Shown: one piece after another, positions 1-7,538 of the stretch | Position numbering within the stretch: the stretch's first letter is position 1 | How the letters are laid out: every line of letters begins with the position of its first letter | Notes under the pieces: model-generated | What the model was told of the DNA's origin: nothing | Seen by the model: the letters and a program-made list of their open reading frames with translations, nothing else | Database searches by the model: none | Assembly: GCA_018400675.1 (NCBI GenBank) | Contig: JAGYMG010000001.1 | Coordinates: 1 to 43,301 of the forward strand | Length of the DNA: 43,301 nucleotides | Direction: 5' to 3' | Source: a bacterium | Lineage (GTDB): Bacteria > Patescibacteriota > Minisyncoccia > Minisyncoccales > CG1-02-41-26 | Position numbers and translations under genes: made by a program

Positions 1-39
1 GGAGTAAGTTTAGTTTCAAGGAATATTATGATGTTTATT

Positions 40-963
40 TTAAATATTTAATAATAAATTTTCTAAAGCCAACCTTTGATTAACATTTGTTTTTGATATC
101 AAATATTTTATTCTTTCCCCTAAGGAAAGGATGTTACTTAATTCTTTTAAAGAATAGATATTATTTTTTTCTAATCCCTGTCTGAGCTTTCCCCTATAAC
201 CAGCCATAGCTCCGGTTTTAAAGATAAATAAGAGCCGAAAATAATTAAGAAAAATATTCAGGAATTGAAGAGATTCTTTATTTTTATTCTCTTTCTTGGA
301 AAAACGCTCTAGGTAACTAAAACGTTCTGGGAGGCTAAGCTGAATAATCTTTTCAACCTCTTCAAACATATGCCACCAATTCTCAAAACTATCTTTTTCC
401 TCCATTAACTTAACCGCTACACCCGGCCTACCCTGAGCAGCAAAAACCAATTTATCAAGATCAATATCTTCTCCTCCTTTTCTTTCTTTAATAAAGGTTC
501 TCATTTCTTCTCCGGATAAGGGGAAAAATTGAACTAACTGGGTACGGGATTTAATTGTCTTCAGTAAGCCTTCAGGATAAGAACTAATCAAGAAAATAAC
601 TGTTTTTCCTTTCGGTTCTTCCAGGGTTTTTAAGAGACGATTCTGGGCTACGGATGTCATTCTCTCAGCACCATTAATGACAACTGCTTTGAAAGGAGCT
701 GAAAAGGGTTGTAGGCCTAAAACCTTTTGCATCTCTTTAATTTGGTCTTTAATAATACTCTCCTCTGGTTCTATCCATAATAAGTCATGATTATCCTCAA
801 CCGGTCTCTCTTTTTCAAAACCATTAATAAGGTTAATGAACTCAAGAGCTAACGTAGCCTTACCTAATGATTCCGGGCCAGAAAACAAATAAGCATGGGA
901 GATGCTTGAATTCCTGAATGATTGTTCCAGAAATTCCTTTTGGATTGTATGTCCAAAAACCAT
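40..963 (-). CDS. holB: DNA polymerase III delta-prime subunit (AAA+ clamp-loader protein)
   Basis: 307-aa ORF. N-terminal AAA+-like SHAYLFSGPESLGKATLALEF and the clamp-loader box NRLLKTLEEP. Size is typical of delta-prime. Confidence 0.75.
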   Translation of the reverse strand: MVFGHTIQKEFLEQSFRNSSISHAYLFSGPESLGKATLALEFINLINGFEKERPVEDNHDLLWIEPEESIIKDQIKEMQKVLGLQPFSAPFKAVVINGAERMTSVAQNRLLKTLEEPKGKTVIFLISSYPEGLLKTIKSRTQLVQFFPLSGEEMRTFIKERKGGEDIDLDKLVFAAQGRPGVAVKLMEEKDSFENWWHMFEEVEKIIQLSLPERFSYLERFSKKENKNKESLQFLNIFLNYFRLLFIFKTGAMAGYRGKLRQGLEKNNIYSLKELSNILSLGERIKYLISKTNVNQRLALENLLLNI

Positions 964-966
964 AAC

Positions 967-1992
967 TTATTTTTTATTCATCAAACTCCGCTTATAGGTT
1001 TCCAAGTTTTCAACAACAATACCCGTTCCTTTCACTACACAGTACAATGGCTGGTCGGCTCGAAAACAAGGGACCCCGGTTGACTTAGCAATAACCTCAT
1101 CAATATTCCTTAATAACGATCCTCCACCAGCAGCAATCATACCCTTATTCATAATATCAGCCGAGAGCTCGGGCGGTGTATTCCTCAAAACATCCTTAAC
1201 TGCGCCGATAATATCCTTGATTACATCCTGGAGGGCTTCGGCTGTCTCGTTAGAAAAAATCTTAATATTCCTTGGCAAACCAGAAACAAGATCACGGCCT
1301 CTTATCTCTAAACTGTCTTCTTTCTTCTTTTGAACAGCTGTCCCAATTTTTATTTTTATCTCTTCTGCTGTCTGAGTACCAATAGCTAAATTATACTTAT
1401 TCTTAATGTATTCAGCTAGGGCCTCGTCCATCCTATCACCACCTACTCTAACCGAACTGACTGTGACTATCCCCCCTAAGGAGATTACAGCTATCTCAGA
1501 AGTCCCACCGCCAATATCTATAATCATATTACCCTCACAGGAATTGATAGGAATACCAGCGCCAATAGCTGAAAGGATTGGCTCTTTAGCTACAAAAGCT
1601 GATTTTGCTCCTGCGCTTAAGGCGGCCTCTATGACAGCTCGCCTCTCTGTAGAACTGCTGCCTGCCGGTACTGAAATAACAAGCTCTGGTTTAAAAAGAT
1701 TAAAACCTCCTTGAGCCTGCTGGATAAAATGCTTTATCATGGCCTGGGTAACCCGATAGTCTGAAATAACCCCGTCTTTTAAGGGACGATAAATCCTAAT
1801 AAAATCAGGCGTTCGGCCAATCATCGTTTTTGCTTTTAAGCCCACAGCTAAAATCTTATTCTCTTCCGGATCAATAGCTACTACCGAAGGCTCTTCTAAG
1901 ACTATCCCCTTCTTAGGGACAAAAACCAGGGAGTTACAGGTGCCTAAATCAATTGCTATTTTTTTAACAAACATATTTTTATTAATTATCAA
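967..1992 (-). CDS. mreB: Rod-shape determining actin homologue MreB
   Basis: 341 aa with actin-fold phosphate motifs IAIDLGTCNSLV and IIDIGGGTSEIAV, and MreB-like sequence throughout. An alternative start at the Met of MFVKKIAIDLG (1974) would remove the 11-nt overlap with murA. Confidence 0.9.
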   Translation of the reverse strand: MIINKNMFVKKIAIDLGTCNSLVFVPKKGIVLEEPSVVAIDPEENKILAVGLKAKTMIGRTPDFIRIYRPLKDGVISDYRVTQAMIKHFIQQAQGGFNLFKPELVISVPAGSSSTERRAVIEAALSAGAKSAFVAKEPILSAIGAGIPINSCEGNMIIDIGGGTSEIAVISLGGIVTVSSVRVGGDRMDEALAEYIKNKYNLAIGTQTAEEIKIKIGTAVQKKKEDSLEIRGRDLVSGLPRNIKIFSNETAEALQDVIKDIIGAVKDVLRNTPPELSADIMNKGMIAAGGGSLLRNIDEVIAKSTGVPCFRADQPLYCVVKGTGIVVENLETYKRSLMNKK

Positions 1993-3250
1993 CTGTTATT
2001 CTTTTAATATTAGCTCCCAGAGTCTGAAGGCGTTCTTCTATCTTTTCATAGCCTCTATCTATTTGACTGATATTACCAATTGTAGTCTTCCCCTCGGCTA
2101 TTAGTCCAGCCACGATCAGGCTAGCTCCGGCTCTGATATCCCAGGATTCAATCTTTACTCCTTTCAAAGGTGTCTGGCCAAAAACAAAAGCCCGGTGAGG
2201 ATCAACAATCTCAATATCAGCTCCCATCTTCCGTAACTCATGAATATAATTTAACCTGTTCTCATATAAAGGATCATGGACTAAACTCTTGCCCTGGGCT
2301 TGGGTCAAGAGAGGCACTATCAAAGGTAGAAGATCCGTCGGAAAACCAGGGTAGGGCAAAGACTGCACCTTGGAAGCTTTTAAGTTTGGAGAATAATCTA
2401 CTTGGAGCGAGCCATTTTGCTTCTCAAAGATTACGCCTATTTCTTTTAATTTTTCCAGAAAGAGATCTAATTCGTCTGATCTTACATTTTTAATCAAAAC
2501 ACGACCTGGTGTCAGAGCTGCTATAACAATAAAAGTGCCCGCCTCTATCCTGTCGGGAATAACATCTAAGGAACAGCCTCCTAATTTATCTACTCCTTCT
2601 ATCTCTAAAGTATGACTATCAAGAACTTTTATTGAAGCACCCATTTGCTTTAACATCTCAACCAGATTCTGGACCGAGGGATCTCCAGCTGCTCCTTTGA
2701 TGGTTGTTTTGCCTTGAGCTAAAACAGCGGCAATAATTATATTCTCTGTGGCTGTGGGGCTAAATTCCTGAAGAATAACCTCCCTACCCTTTAATTGGTC
2801 TCTCTTTAAATAATAAAAATCTCCTTCTTCTTTGATCTCAACCCCTAATGTTTCTAAGGCCTTAAGGTGAGTAGTGATAGGTCTTAACCCTATTCTATCT
2901 CCGCCCGGTCGGGAAAATTTAAATTCTTTAAACCGGGTAATTAATCCCCCTATTAAAAGTACCGAAACACGGGTTTTAGAAATTTTATCAAAATCTACTC
3001 TTTCCTGGCTAATATCCCGACAGCTTACTTTCACCTTTCGTTCATCCAGCCACTCTATATCGGCCCCCATCTCCTTCAGTATCTCTAAGAGATTAAATAT
3101 ATCAGCCACTAAGGGCAAGTTGCTGATAATACACTCTTCTTGAGTAAGCAGGGTCGCAGCTAATAAAGGACCGGCAGCATTCTTTGCTCCTCTAATAGCA
3201 ATTTCTCCTTCTATTTTGTTTTTCCCTGCTATAATAAATTTTTCTTCCAT
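1982..3250 (-). CDS. murA: UDP-N-acetylglucosamine 1-carboxyvinyltransferase (Asp variant at the catalytic Cys position)
   Basis: 422 aa. N-terminal IRGAKNAAGPLLAATLL. The active-site loop RPGGDRIGLRPITTHL aligns with E. coli PGGCTIGARPVDLH. C-terminal QIDRGYE motif. Confidence 0.9.
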   Translation of the reverse strand: MEEKFIIAGKNKIEGEIAIRGAKNAAGPLLAATLLTQEECIISNLPLVADIFNLLEILKEMGADIEWLDERKVKVSCRDISQERVDFDKISKTRVSVLLIGGLITRFKEFKFSRPGGDRIGLRPITTHLKALETLGVEIKEEGDFYYLKRDQLKGREVILQEFSPTATENIIIAAVLAQGKTTIKGAAGDPSVQNLVEMLKQMGASIKVLDSHTLEIEGVDKLGGCSLDVIPDRIEAGTFIVIAALTPGRVLIKNVRSDELDLFLEKLKEIGVIFEKQNGSLQVDYSPNLKASKVQSLPYPGFPTDLLPLIVPLLTQAQGKSLVHDPLYENRLNYIHELRKMGADIEIVDPHRAFVFGQTPLKGVKIESWDIRAGASLIVAGLIAEGKTTIGNISQIDRGYEKIEERLQTLGANIKRITVDN

Positions 3251-3280
3251 TGTCTTGTGCTCCCTTATCTTTTCTTCCTT

Positions 3281-3309
3281 ATTCTATCCTAAAAAATCCC
3301 CTTTATCAA
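3281..3309 (-). promoter_or_regulatory. Candidate sigma70-type promoter for murA (TTGATA-17-TAGAAT)
   Basis: Read on the minus strand: TTGATA (3304-3309), a 17-nt spacer, then TAGAAT (3281-3286). An AAGGGAG Shine-Dalgarno sits about 10 nt before the murA ATG. Confidence 0.5.
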
Positions 3310-3339
3310 GATCTCTTCTTTGACCTTATTTCTCTAAAT

Positions 3340-3359
3340 AAAAAAAAGAGGCCTCCCTC
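3340..3359 (-). terminator. Weak intrinsic terminator after the IspD-like gene
   Basis: The minus strand reads GAGG-GAGG-CCUC followed by U8. The stem is only 4 bp, so support is weak. Confidence 0.3.
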
Positions 3360-3369
3360 ATTTTTTGTC

Positions 3370-3380
3370 TTAACGCGGCT
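3370..3380. repeat. 11-nt direct repeat copy 1 (TTAACGCGGCT on the plus strand)
   Basis: Exact 11-mer shared with 4124-4134. It lies 16 nt beyond the IspD-like stop codon. Confidence 0.6.
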
Positions 3381-3396
3381 AAAGATTAACTGCTTT

Positions 3397-4101
3397 TTAT
3401 TTTCTGTCTGCCATAATCCCTTCCCCTATTGCAATATCAATGGGATAGGTTATTTTTATATTTTCTCTTTCTCCTTTAACTACATAAATATCAGCCAATC
3501 CGTATTTTAGGACCAGACCGCAATCATCGCTGATATTTTTAATACCTTTCTTGAGAGCCATATCATGAGCTTTTTTTATAACCGGAAAATGAAAGCCCTG
3601 GGGTGTCTGTTCTCTTAAAAGAGCAGCTCTTGCTGGTATATCCTTAATAATCATTCCTTTGTTAACCCTGACTAGGGTATCACTACTAGGAAAAGCAACG
3701 GTTACTGCAGAAAAGCCCTTTAATGTCTTTAAGACCTCAGAGATTATCCTGTGAGAGACAAATGGCCGCACCCCATCATGGAAAAGAATATTGTCAGACT
3801 TGCTGGCCAAGGATGCCGCTAAACCAATCCGGGCAGAAGCCTGCCTGGTCTCTCCTCCTGCTATTATTTTTGACACCTTCCTTAGTCCTTCCCCTGACAC
3901 TAAGTCCTTGAGTCTCTTAACCAATCCTTTTCTCACGACTACTATTATTTCATCTATAGCCCTATGTTTTTCAAACTTTTTCAGGGTATAACTAATTACC
4001 TCTTTACCAGCTATCTTGGCAAATATTTTTGGAGTTTTTTTGCCAAAACGAATGCCATCGCCAGCTCCTAAAACTATAACAATGTTCTTCTTTTTTCTCA
4101 T
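3397..4101 (-). CDS. IspD/TarI-family sugar-phosphate cytidylyltransferase
   Basis: 234 aa with VLGAGDGIRFG (the P-loop-like GxGxR motif), AGGETRQASARIGL and LFHDGVRPFV motifs of the IspD/TarI family. The sugar-phosphate substrate cannot be assigned from sequence. Confidence 0.8.
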   Translation of the reverse strand: MRKKKNIVIVLGAGDGIRFGKKTPKIFAKIAGKEVISYTLKKFEKHRAIDEIIVVVRKGLVKRLKDLVSGEGLRKVSKIIAGGETRQASARIGLAASLASKSDNILFHDGVRPFVSHRIISEVLKTLKGFSAVTVAFPSSDTLVRVNKGMIIKDIPARAALLREQTPQGFHFPVIKKAHDMALKKGIKNISDDCGLVLKYGLADIYVVKGERENIKITYPIDIAIGEGIMADRK

Positions 4102-4123
4102 TTAAAAATAAAGGTATTAAAAT

Positions 4124-4134
4124 TTAACGCGGCT
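4124..4134. repeat. 11-nt direct repeat copy 2 (TTAACGCGGCT on the plus strand)
   Basis: Exact copy of 3370-3380. It lies 22 nt upstream of the IspD-like start codon. Confidence 0.6.
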
Positions 4135-4297
4135 CTATGCCCATTTCCCGGGCAACATCTTTGTCTAAATCAGCTGTAATAATTTTCCGCCAAAAAACCG
4201 ACCAAACACCCTTAAAGGATAGATACAAAGTTCTCTTATTTCGTCTTGCACAATAACATTTTTGCTATAACAAAATATTATGCCTCTAACCTTTGAT

Positions 4298-5185
4298 TCA
4301 ATTTCTAAATCGTGTGCGATGAATCTTTTCAATTTTAGATTGTTGATGCCTTAATTTTTTTTCTGAACCGTAAACTAATTCTTTTTTATATTGTTCAACC
4401 CCTACAAGAAAATAGTTAAACAGATTAAGCCATTGTCCAAAATCTAAATCTCTGGGGGTCGCTAGTTTTCCAAAATTTAAATCTTTTGACAATCTATTAA
4501 ATTGTTTGTAGCTAAAAATTTTATTGAATGATTTTTTTAAATTTGGCTTTCGCTGGTGAAATCCATAAACAATGAAATCCTTATAGAGCTGAGATCTTTT
4601 TTTCTCAAGCAATATTTTATCTCTCTTTTTTATTCTTAGCAAAACAATATCAACTTTAGGAACAGGATAAAAATCAGTTCTCCTAAAATGATAAACTATT
4701 TCTAAATTAAACCAAGGTTTTAGAAGTACCGAATATTGACTCTCTTTGTCATAAGGCCGACCTACAAATTTTTTTGCCGCTTCTTTCTGAATAATTAGGT
4801 AACTTACCTTTGGTGAATTACTCAATGAAGTCAGCTTATTAATGACTTGTGCGGTAATTGAAAAAGGAATATTTGAAAAAATTTTATATTCCCCTTCTAG
4901 AGGTAACTTTTCTTCCAAGAAGTCTCCAAGCTTAATAACAACATTTTGATAATTAGAGAACGAATCTTTCAGTTTAGAATACAAAACTTTATCCTTCTCA
5001 ATCGCTGTTAGCCTCACTCCTGCATTTGCTAAGGCACATGTCAAAATACCCTTCCCAGGACCAATTTCATAGACAAGATCTCCTTTCTTAAAAGAGGCTT
5101 TTTTAATAAGCTTATCGGCCAGATTAGAGCTCTTCAGAAAATTCTGCGAATATTTTAGAGGAACATTATCTTTTTTAATTCTCAT
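4298..5185 (-). CDS. Erm-family 23S rRNA (adenine-N6)-methyltransferase; putative immunity gene of the RiPP operon
   Basis: 295 aa. Contains KYSQNFL (Erm-type, where KsgA has GQNFL), the SAM motif VYEIGPGKGILT, YKIFSNIPFSITAQVINK (NIPF catalytic motif) and FYPVPKVDIVLLRIKKR. The C-terminal domain resembles the ErmC/ErmB target-binding domain. Its start overlaps the upstream stop as ATGA (5182-5185). Confidence 0.8.
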   Translation of the reverse strand: MRIKKDNVPLKYSQNFLKSSNLADKLIKKASFKKGDLVYEIGPGKGILTCALANAGVRLTAIEKDKVLYSKLKDSFSNYQNVVIKLGDFLEEKLPLEGEYKIFSNIPFSITAQVINKLTSLSNSPKVSYLIIQKEAAKKFVGRPYDKESQYSVLLKPWFNLEIVYHFRRTDFYPVPKVDIVLLRIKKRDKILLEKKRSQLYKDFIVYGFHQRKPNLKKSFNKIFSYKQFNRLSKDLNFGKLATPRDLDFGQWLNLFNYFLVGVEQYKKELVYGSEKKLRHQQSKIEKIHRTRFRN

Positions 5186-5964
5186 TTTCCTAAAGCAATT
5201 AGGTAAAGTGGTGTTTCAGTTTTGTAATTCAGATCTAGCAAATCAACTATTTTTTTATCTAGAAAACCACCTATAGCACAAGATTTTATTTCAAGGGAAG
5301 TGCTAACTAAATGAATATTTTGACTTAAATGACCTGCTTCAAAAAGTATATATCGCCATCCCCTTTCCTTATATTTAATAATTGTTCTTGCGGAAACAGC
5401 AGTAATAATTATAACTAAACTACATTTTCTTATCCAGTTATGGTTAATAGTTTCTCTAAGGTTTTTTTTAAAATCACCTTTTGATAAAATCTCTAAACTG
5501 TTCCATTTTATATTATAATGATAAATCCCTGGTGATATTCCTTTTGCTTTTAACACAATAGGATAAACTTCAAGAGGGTATCTTGCACCAGCTGAGGGGT
5601 ACATTCGTCGGGATTCACTAAAGTCTTTTTTAATTTTATGAACGTCTTTTATCCCGGCAGAAAAATATAAAATTTTACTGATATTCTCTAATGTTAAAGC
5701 TTCCCCTTTAAAATCTCTTTCCGATTTCCTCTTCTCTAATAACGAAAATATAGGATTCTTTTCATTCCTGATCTTTCCAAAAAAGATTTGTTCTAAACGA
5801 GAGTATATTTTAAAATAAATTTTTAGCCAAGTTTTAGGGATTTTATTTTGAGACAGCTCTTTGGTAAATTCTTTTTGTATAGTATGTCTCAAAAAAATAA
5901 AACCTTTATCCTCGGAATTTTCTGACAATAAATCTTTATATAACTTTTTTGCATTACGAGTCAT
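5182..5964 (-). CDS. SagB-type (McbC-like) FMN-dependent azoline dehydrogenase
   Basis: 260 aa. Contains the nitroreductase-fold start LLEKRKSERDF and the SagB-type signature RRMYPSAGARYPLEVY. There is an extension of about 75 aa N-terminal to the fold. ATGA overlaps occur at both gene junctions. Confidence 0.8.
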   Translation of the reverse strand: MTRNAKKLYKDLLSENSEDKGFIFLRHTIQKEFTKELSQNKIPKTWLKIYFKIYSRLEQIFFGKIRNEKNPIFSLLEKRKSERDFKGEALTLENISKILYFSAGIKDVHKIKKDFSESRRMYPSAGARYPLEVYPIVLKAKGISPGIYHYNIKWNSLEILSKGDFKKNLRETINHNWIRKCSLVIIITAVSARTIIKYKERGWRYILFEAGHLSQNIHLVSTSLEIKSCAIGGFLDKKIVDLLDLNYKTETPLYLIALGK

Positions 5965-7250
5965 AAAAAAGGGTGAGGGAATGTATAAATATCTTTTATT
6001 GGTTTAAGCCCTATTCTTTGAGGAACCCTCCATAGTCTTTCTCCTTCCCAACATGGAAATCTGTCGTCTAAATAAAGTGGCTGAAGGCAAGGGACCAAAA
6101 CCTTTACTACCCTAAGGCCTTCTCTCTTTAAGCTTGGCAATGTTATATCAACATATATTACTTCCATCTTTTCTCTCTTAAACCATTTTAAAAGATTTTT
6201 TAAATTATTAGATTTCCGAGGAAAATCTCTTATTGGTTTTTTAGAACCTGCTAAAAAGAAGTCTATTTTTTTAATCATTTCAGGCGAAGACCACAGCAAA
6301 GCTCTGTTTTTTCTTTCATAGACAAGCCGATCTTTTTTAATCCGCTCTAAGTCTTTCTTTGACATTTTAATCATTAATTCTCTCACCCACGGACGAGGAT
6401 GGAAACATTCTTCTGTAGCTCCTATTATTGCATTCTTGATACTGGTGTCTGATTTAAGACCTACAGACACCGCAGGCCCCAAGCCAGTTCTATCTACTAC
6501 AATAGCCATGATAGAATAAACCGGAATATCTGTACTAATATCTAAGAGATAAAGTTCTAGGTTATATCTTTTAAGAGAGGATGCAATCTTCTTTAAGCTC
6601 TTATCCTTAGACTCAGTTATGCTGATAAGATTTCTGGTTAATTTGTTTAAATAGTTAACCATAAAAGCATCCCTTTCAATAACTTCTAAGAGTCCTGTTA
6701 AAATGGCTTTCTCTAAAGAATGATATAAAGCAGCACCAGTAGTAATAGGAAAATTAATAACTGACTCCTTTTTTTCAAATTTATAAGGTACAAAAACAAG
6801 CTGAGCCGGAACAAAAATCTTTTTACCTGTGATTAAAGAGGTTCCCCTAATCCAATTTAATTTTTCGTTATGGTCTTTATAACGATGAAAGTTTAGGACA
6901 GCTTCAGCTTTTGAAAAAGAAATAAATTGCCGGGGGTTAATTGCCTTATCTTTCAAGTTGCTATAACTTTCCCACAAAAGATCTTTTTTACGATAGACAG
7001 CTAAGTTGTATCTTTCCAACGTCTCAGCCACAGTTTTTAATAGCGCCCTCCTTTTAGAAAAAGACGCACATCTTCTGAATCTTTCCGTAACGAAGCCATC
7101 TGTTAAGTTGCTAATATCTTTTATCTTTATAATAAAAGAATGAACCCTAGGTTCATCGTTGTAATTAAATAATTCCCCTTCAATATTCTTAATAATTCTT
7201 TCCTTTTCCGCAACTTCTAATAATTTAATTATAGTTTTTCTAAGATTCAT
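5961..7250 (-). CDS. YcaO-family cyclodehydratase (TOMM D-protein type)
   Basis: 429 aa. The YcaO domain opens at KRRALLKTVAETLERYNL. It has the ATP/Mg-binding-type motif LLEVIERDAF and the Pro-rich C-terminus FPHPFL typical of azoline-forming YcaOs. Confidence 0.85.
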   Translation of the reverse strand: MNLRKTIIKLLEVAEKERIIKNIEGELFNYNDEPRVHSFIIKIKDISNLTDGFVTERFRRCASFSKRRALLKTVAETLERYNLAVYRKKDLLWESYSNLKDKAINPRQFISFSKAEAVLNFHRYKDHNEKLNWIRGTSLITGKKIFVPAQLVFVPYKFEKKESVINFPITTGAALYHSLEKAILTGLLEVIERDAFMVNYLNKLTRNLISITESKDKSLKKIASSLKRYNLELYLLDISTDIPVYSIMAIVVDRTGLGPAVSVGLKSDTSIKNAIIGATEECFHPRPWVRELMIKMSKKDLERIKKDRLVYERKNRALLWSSPEMIKKIDFFLAGSKKPIRDFPRKSNNLKNLLKWFKREKMEVIYVDITLPSLKREGLRVVKVLVPCLQPLYLDDRFPCWEGERLWRVPQRIGLKPIKDIYTFPHPFL

Positions 7251-7315
7251 TTATTAAAAAACAAAAACTAACACTTTATGTTGTCTTAAAAAAAGTTCTA
7301 TAATTTATTTTTTAT

Positions 7316-7495
7316 CTATCTCCGAGGCAAGCTAAATCCGCCGCCGCCTCCTCCTCCGCAACCTGTACCACAATTTCCACCGCCCGCTGAAGTACAACTA
7401 TTAGAGGGTTTTATGTCACTACTTTTTGAAAGTCTAGAAAGATGCTGTTCTTGAATATCTTCTAAAAATATTTTTTTATTGTTTTTATTTTTCAT
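7316..7495 (-). CDS. RiPP precursor peptide (linear azole-containing peptide / microcin B17-like), 59 aa; not in the ORF track
   Basis: Hand translation of the minus strand gives MKNKNNKKIFLEDIQEQHLSRLSKSSDIKPSNSCTSAGGGNCGTGCGGGGGGGFSLPRR, ending at a TAG stop (7316-7318). It has a hydrophilic leader with an F-x-x-x-I motif (FLEDI) and a core rich in Cys, Ser, Thr and Gly. It lies 65 nt upstream of ycaO and downstream of a good promoter. Confidence 0.8.
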   Translation of the reverse strand: MKNKNNKKIFLEDIQEQHLSRLSKSSDIKPSNSCTSAGGGNCGTGCGGGGGGGFSLPRR

Positions 7496-7538
7496 AAGTA
7501 TTAATCTTATTTTTTATAAATCAACCTTTATTGTTTTA

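Noticed and set aside
3250-3510. An 86-aa plus-strand ORF spanning the murA / IspD-like intergenic region.
   Set aside because: Its translation is low-complexity and Phe/Leu/Ser-rich, and it overlaps the 3' end of the IspD-like gene. The region is better explained by the murA promoter and a terminator on the minus strand.
4102-4297. The 196-nt gap between the Erm-like gene and the IspD-like gene, examined for a hidden gene, a second precursor peptide or a terminator.
   Set aside because: Only trivial ORFs are present (for example MLLCKTK and MLPGKWA). One small hairpin, UGCCC-GGGAAAU-GGGCA (4138-4154), has no U-tract. I could assign no convincing promoter or terminator. The only notable element is the 11-nt repeat, which is reported separately.
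4298-5185. The operon's methyltransferase being the housekeeping 16S rRNA dimethyltransferase KsgA/RsmA.
   Set aside because: It has KYSQNFL where KsgA has the RFGQNFL-type motif. It also has an Erm-like C-terminal domain and is ATGA-coupled to the dehydrogenase. This is not fully excluded without a phylogeny, so it is kept as the refutation test of the immunity finding.
7251-7315. A possible leaky terminator or attenuator between the precursor gene and ycaO, as is common in RiPP operons.
   Set aside because: No stable inverted repeat is visible in the 65-nt A/T-rich spacer, so the sequence does not support the claim.
7339-7358. The CCG/CCT triplet repeat (ccgccgccgcctcctcctcc) interpreted as a non-coding microsatellite.
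   Set aside because: It is the reverse complement of the GGN codons that encode the Gly7 run of the precursor core, so it is a coding repeat. It is noted only as a possible source of in-frame length variation.
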